DNA of 64,000 bases from Leptonemataceae bacterium (GTDB lineage Bacteria > Spirochaetota > Leptospiria > Leptospirales > Leptonemataceae), in the NCBI GenBank assembly GCA_965227295.1, contig OZ245742.1, positions 5,600,001-5,664,000 of the forward strand, given 5' to 3'. Below the pieces are notes generated by a model, which saw nothing but the letters and a program-made list of their open reading frames with translations, ran no database searches and was not told the origin of the DNA. Made by a program: the position numbers and the translations under genes. Positions 62,271 through 64,000 of the stretch are shown here, piece after piece. How positions within the stretch are numbered: position 1 is the stretch's first letter; each line of letters begins with the position of its first letter.

Positions 62271-63851
62271 TCACAGAATAAAACGGCTCAAGTCCGTATC
62301 CTGTACAATATCTTTCAAACGTTCCTGCACGAAAGCGCGGTTGACGGAAATGCGGCGTTGATCGTCGGGCAGATCCGGTGCTTCGAAGCTGACATCTTCC
62401 AGCAGGCGTTCCATAAGGGTATGCAGTCGCCGCGCGCCGATGTTCTCGGTCTCTTCGTTGACCTTGTATGCGAAGTTGGCCAGTTCGTCCACGCCGTCAT
62501 CGGTGAAGTCCAGCTCCACATCGTCCACAGCCAACAACGCCTTCGACTGGCGAACCAGGGAGTTCTTCGGTCCGGTGAGGATTTGCCGGAACTCGGCCTC
62601 GGTAAGTTTTTCCAGTTCCACGCGAATCGGAAAACGTCCCTGAAGTTCGGGGATCAGATCCGACGGCTTCGAGGTATGAAAGGCGCCCGCCGCAATAAAC
62701 AACACATGATCGGTTTTGATGGGACCGTGGCGCGTGTTCACCGTGGCCCCTTCCACGATGGGCAACAGGTCGCGCTGCACGCCCTCGCGCGAGACGTCCG
62801 GCCCGCTGGAACCGCCCCCCATGGATCCGCGCCCGGCGATCTTGTCGAGTTCGTCGATGAATACGATGCCCATTTGTTCGGCGCGACGCAGGGCTTCGGT
62901 CTGCACCTTGTCCGGATCCACCAGGCGTTCCAGTTCTTCTTCGAGCAGAATCTTGCGCGCATCCTCCACCGAAACCCGCCGACGCTTCTGGCGCTTCGGC
63001 ATAAGATCGCCGAGCATGTTCTGCACCTGCATGTCGAGGTCTTCCATGTTCGGCCCGCCGGCCATGACCTGCACGAGCGGCGACGATTGGGACTGGGTCT
63101 GGATTTCCACTTCGCGTTCTTCCAGTTCGCCGCGGTCCAGCTTTCCGCCGAGGAGATCCCGGGCCTTCGAACGACGCTCGGCCTCCGGCGAATCTTCCGA
63201 CTCCGCCTCCGCGGATGCGTCCGGCTCGCTTGCGGCTTCGCTCACCGGCGGCGTGTTGCCCTGCAATGCCGCCTGCACCTGCTCTCCGATCGAAGAGAGA
63301 TCCATGGATCCCGGAAAGAAGGCCGCATTTCCGCCGCCGCTCGCGACCGCGTTTGCGTTGCCGCCGCTCGAACTCGACGGTAACAGCAAATCAAGTAAAC
63401 GTTCGCGCACATTACGCTTAGCCTGATCTTCGACTTTTTTACGGAACTCTTTACGGACGAGGTTGATCGATGTCGCCACCAGGTCGCGAATCATGGATTC
63501 CACATCGCGACCGACGTAGCCGACCTCGGTGTACTTCGTGGCCTCCACTTTTACGAAGGGCGCGCCTGTGAGCCGGGAAAGTCGCCGGGCGATTTCGGTC
63601 TTCCCGCAGCCGGTGGGACCGATCATGATAATGTTCTTCGGATAGATTTCGTCGCGGATGTCTTCGGCCACCAGGCGCCGACGTACGCGATTGCGCACCG
63701 CCAGGGCCACGGCTTTCTTCGCATCCTTCTGCCCGACGATGTAACGATCCAGTTCGCTGACCACCTGGCGCGGCGTCATCTCGTCGATGTCGATGCGCTC
63801 GCTGTCTTCGTCGGGAGGCGGGGCGTTTTGCAATTCGGAAGATGTACTCAT
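62271..63851 (-). CDS. hslU: ATP-dependent protease ATPase subunit HslU
   Basis: [49 protein letters not shown]. Confidence 0.98.
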   Translation of the reverse strand: MSTSSELQNAPPPDEDSERIDIDEMTPRQVVSELDRYIVGQKDAKKAVALAVRNRVRRRLVAEDIRDEIYPKNIIMIGPTGCGKTEIARRLSRLTGAPFVKVEATKYTEVGYVGRDVESMIRDLVATSINLVRKEFRKKVEDQAKRNVRERLLDLLLPSSSSGGNANAVASGGGNAAFFPGSMDLSSIGEQVQAALQGNTPPVSEAASEPDASAEAESEDSPEAERRSKARDLLGGKLDRGELEEREVEIQTQSQSSPLVQVMAGGPNMEDLDMQVQNMLGDLMPKRQKRRRVSVEDARKILLEEELERLVDPDKVQTEALRRAEQMGIVFIDELDKIAGRGSMGGGSSGPDVSREGVQRDLLPIVEGATVNTRHGPIKTDHVLFIAAGAFHTSKPSDLIPELQGRFPIRVELEKLTEAEFRQILTGPKNSLVRQSKALLAVDDVELDFTDDGVDELANFAYKVNEETENIGARRLHTLMERLLEDVSFEAPDLPDDQRRISVNRAFVQERLKDIVQDTDLSRFIL

Positions 63852-63879
63852 GTTGTTTGAAAATCGGTAACGGCCGTGT

Positions 63880-64000
63880 TCAGCCCAGTTCATCCACGAC
63901 CAGGTTTGTGTTCGTGAATACGCAGATTTCACCGGCGATGGTGAGCGCCTTTTCGACGATCTCCCGCGCGGAGAGCTCGGTGTGCGCGAGCAGCGCCCGG
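63880..64000 (-). CDS. hslV: ATP-dependent protease subunit HslV, C-terminal part only
   Basis: Hand translation [39 protein letters not shown]; directly upstream of hslU. Confidence 0.93.
   Translation of the reverse strand, partial: RALLAHTELSAREIVEKALTIAGEICVFTNTNLVVDELG

Noticed and set aside
63170..63390. Ser/Gly/Ala/Glu-rich insertion in HslU as an intein or extra domain
   Set aside because: Lies in the normally variable I-domain, is low complexity, and has no intein terminal motifs

Overview
A GC-rich (roughly 60%) bacterial chromosomal segment. Gene content (7TM-DISM cyclase and hybrid sensor, DUF3332-like lipoprotein, phasin-like protein, several small conserved-looking hypotheticals) suggests a Leptospiraceae/Leptospirales-like spirochete; this is inference. 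Most of the window is housekeeping: thiolase, LPS glycosyltransferases, purK/purE, ada-like, gcvT/gcvH, thrS, pdxJ, metH, hslU/hslV. No rRNA, tRNA, CRISPR array, integrase or transposase was seen. The main candidates for new biology are: (1) a two-gene operon encoding a stand-alone TIR protein and a 1065-aa TIR + HEPN/DUF4145-like + RelE-like + SF1 helicase fusion, a candidate anti-phage system; (2) a ~340-bp structured repeat present three times in tandem (12.6-13.5 kb) and once more, diverged, at 40.6-40.9 kb, with helices preserved by G-U/compensating changes; (3) a family of short elements bounded by ACTCCGAGG inverted repeats; (4) a PafB/PafC-like WYL pair; (5) a coupled metallophosphoesterase-nucleotidyltransferase pair next to duplicated Xre regulators; (6) a TylF/radical-SAM/CoA-ligase cluster. 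All family assignments come from motif recognition by eye; no database searches were run.
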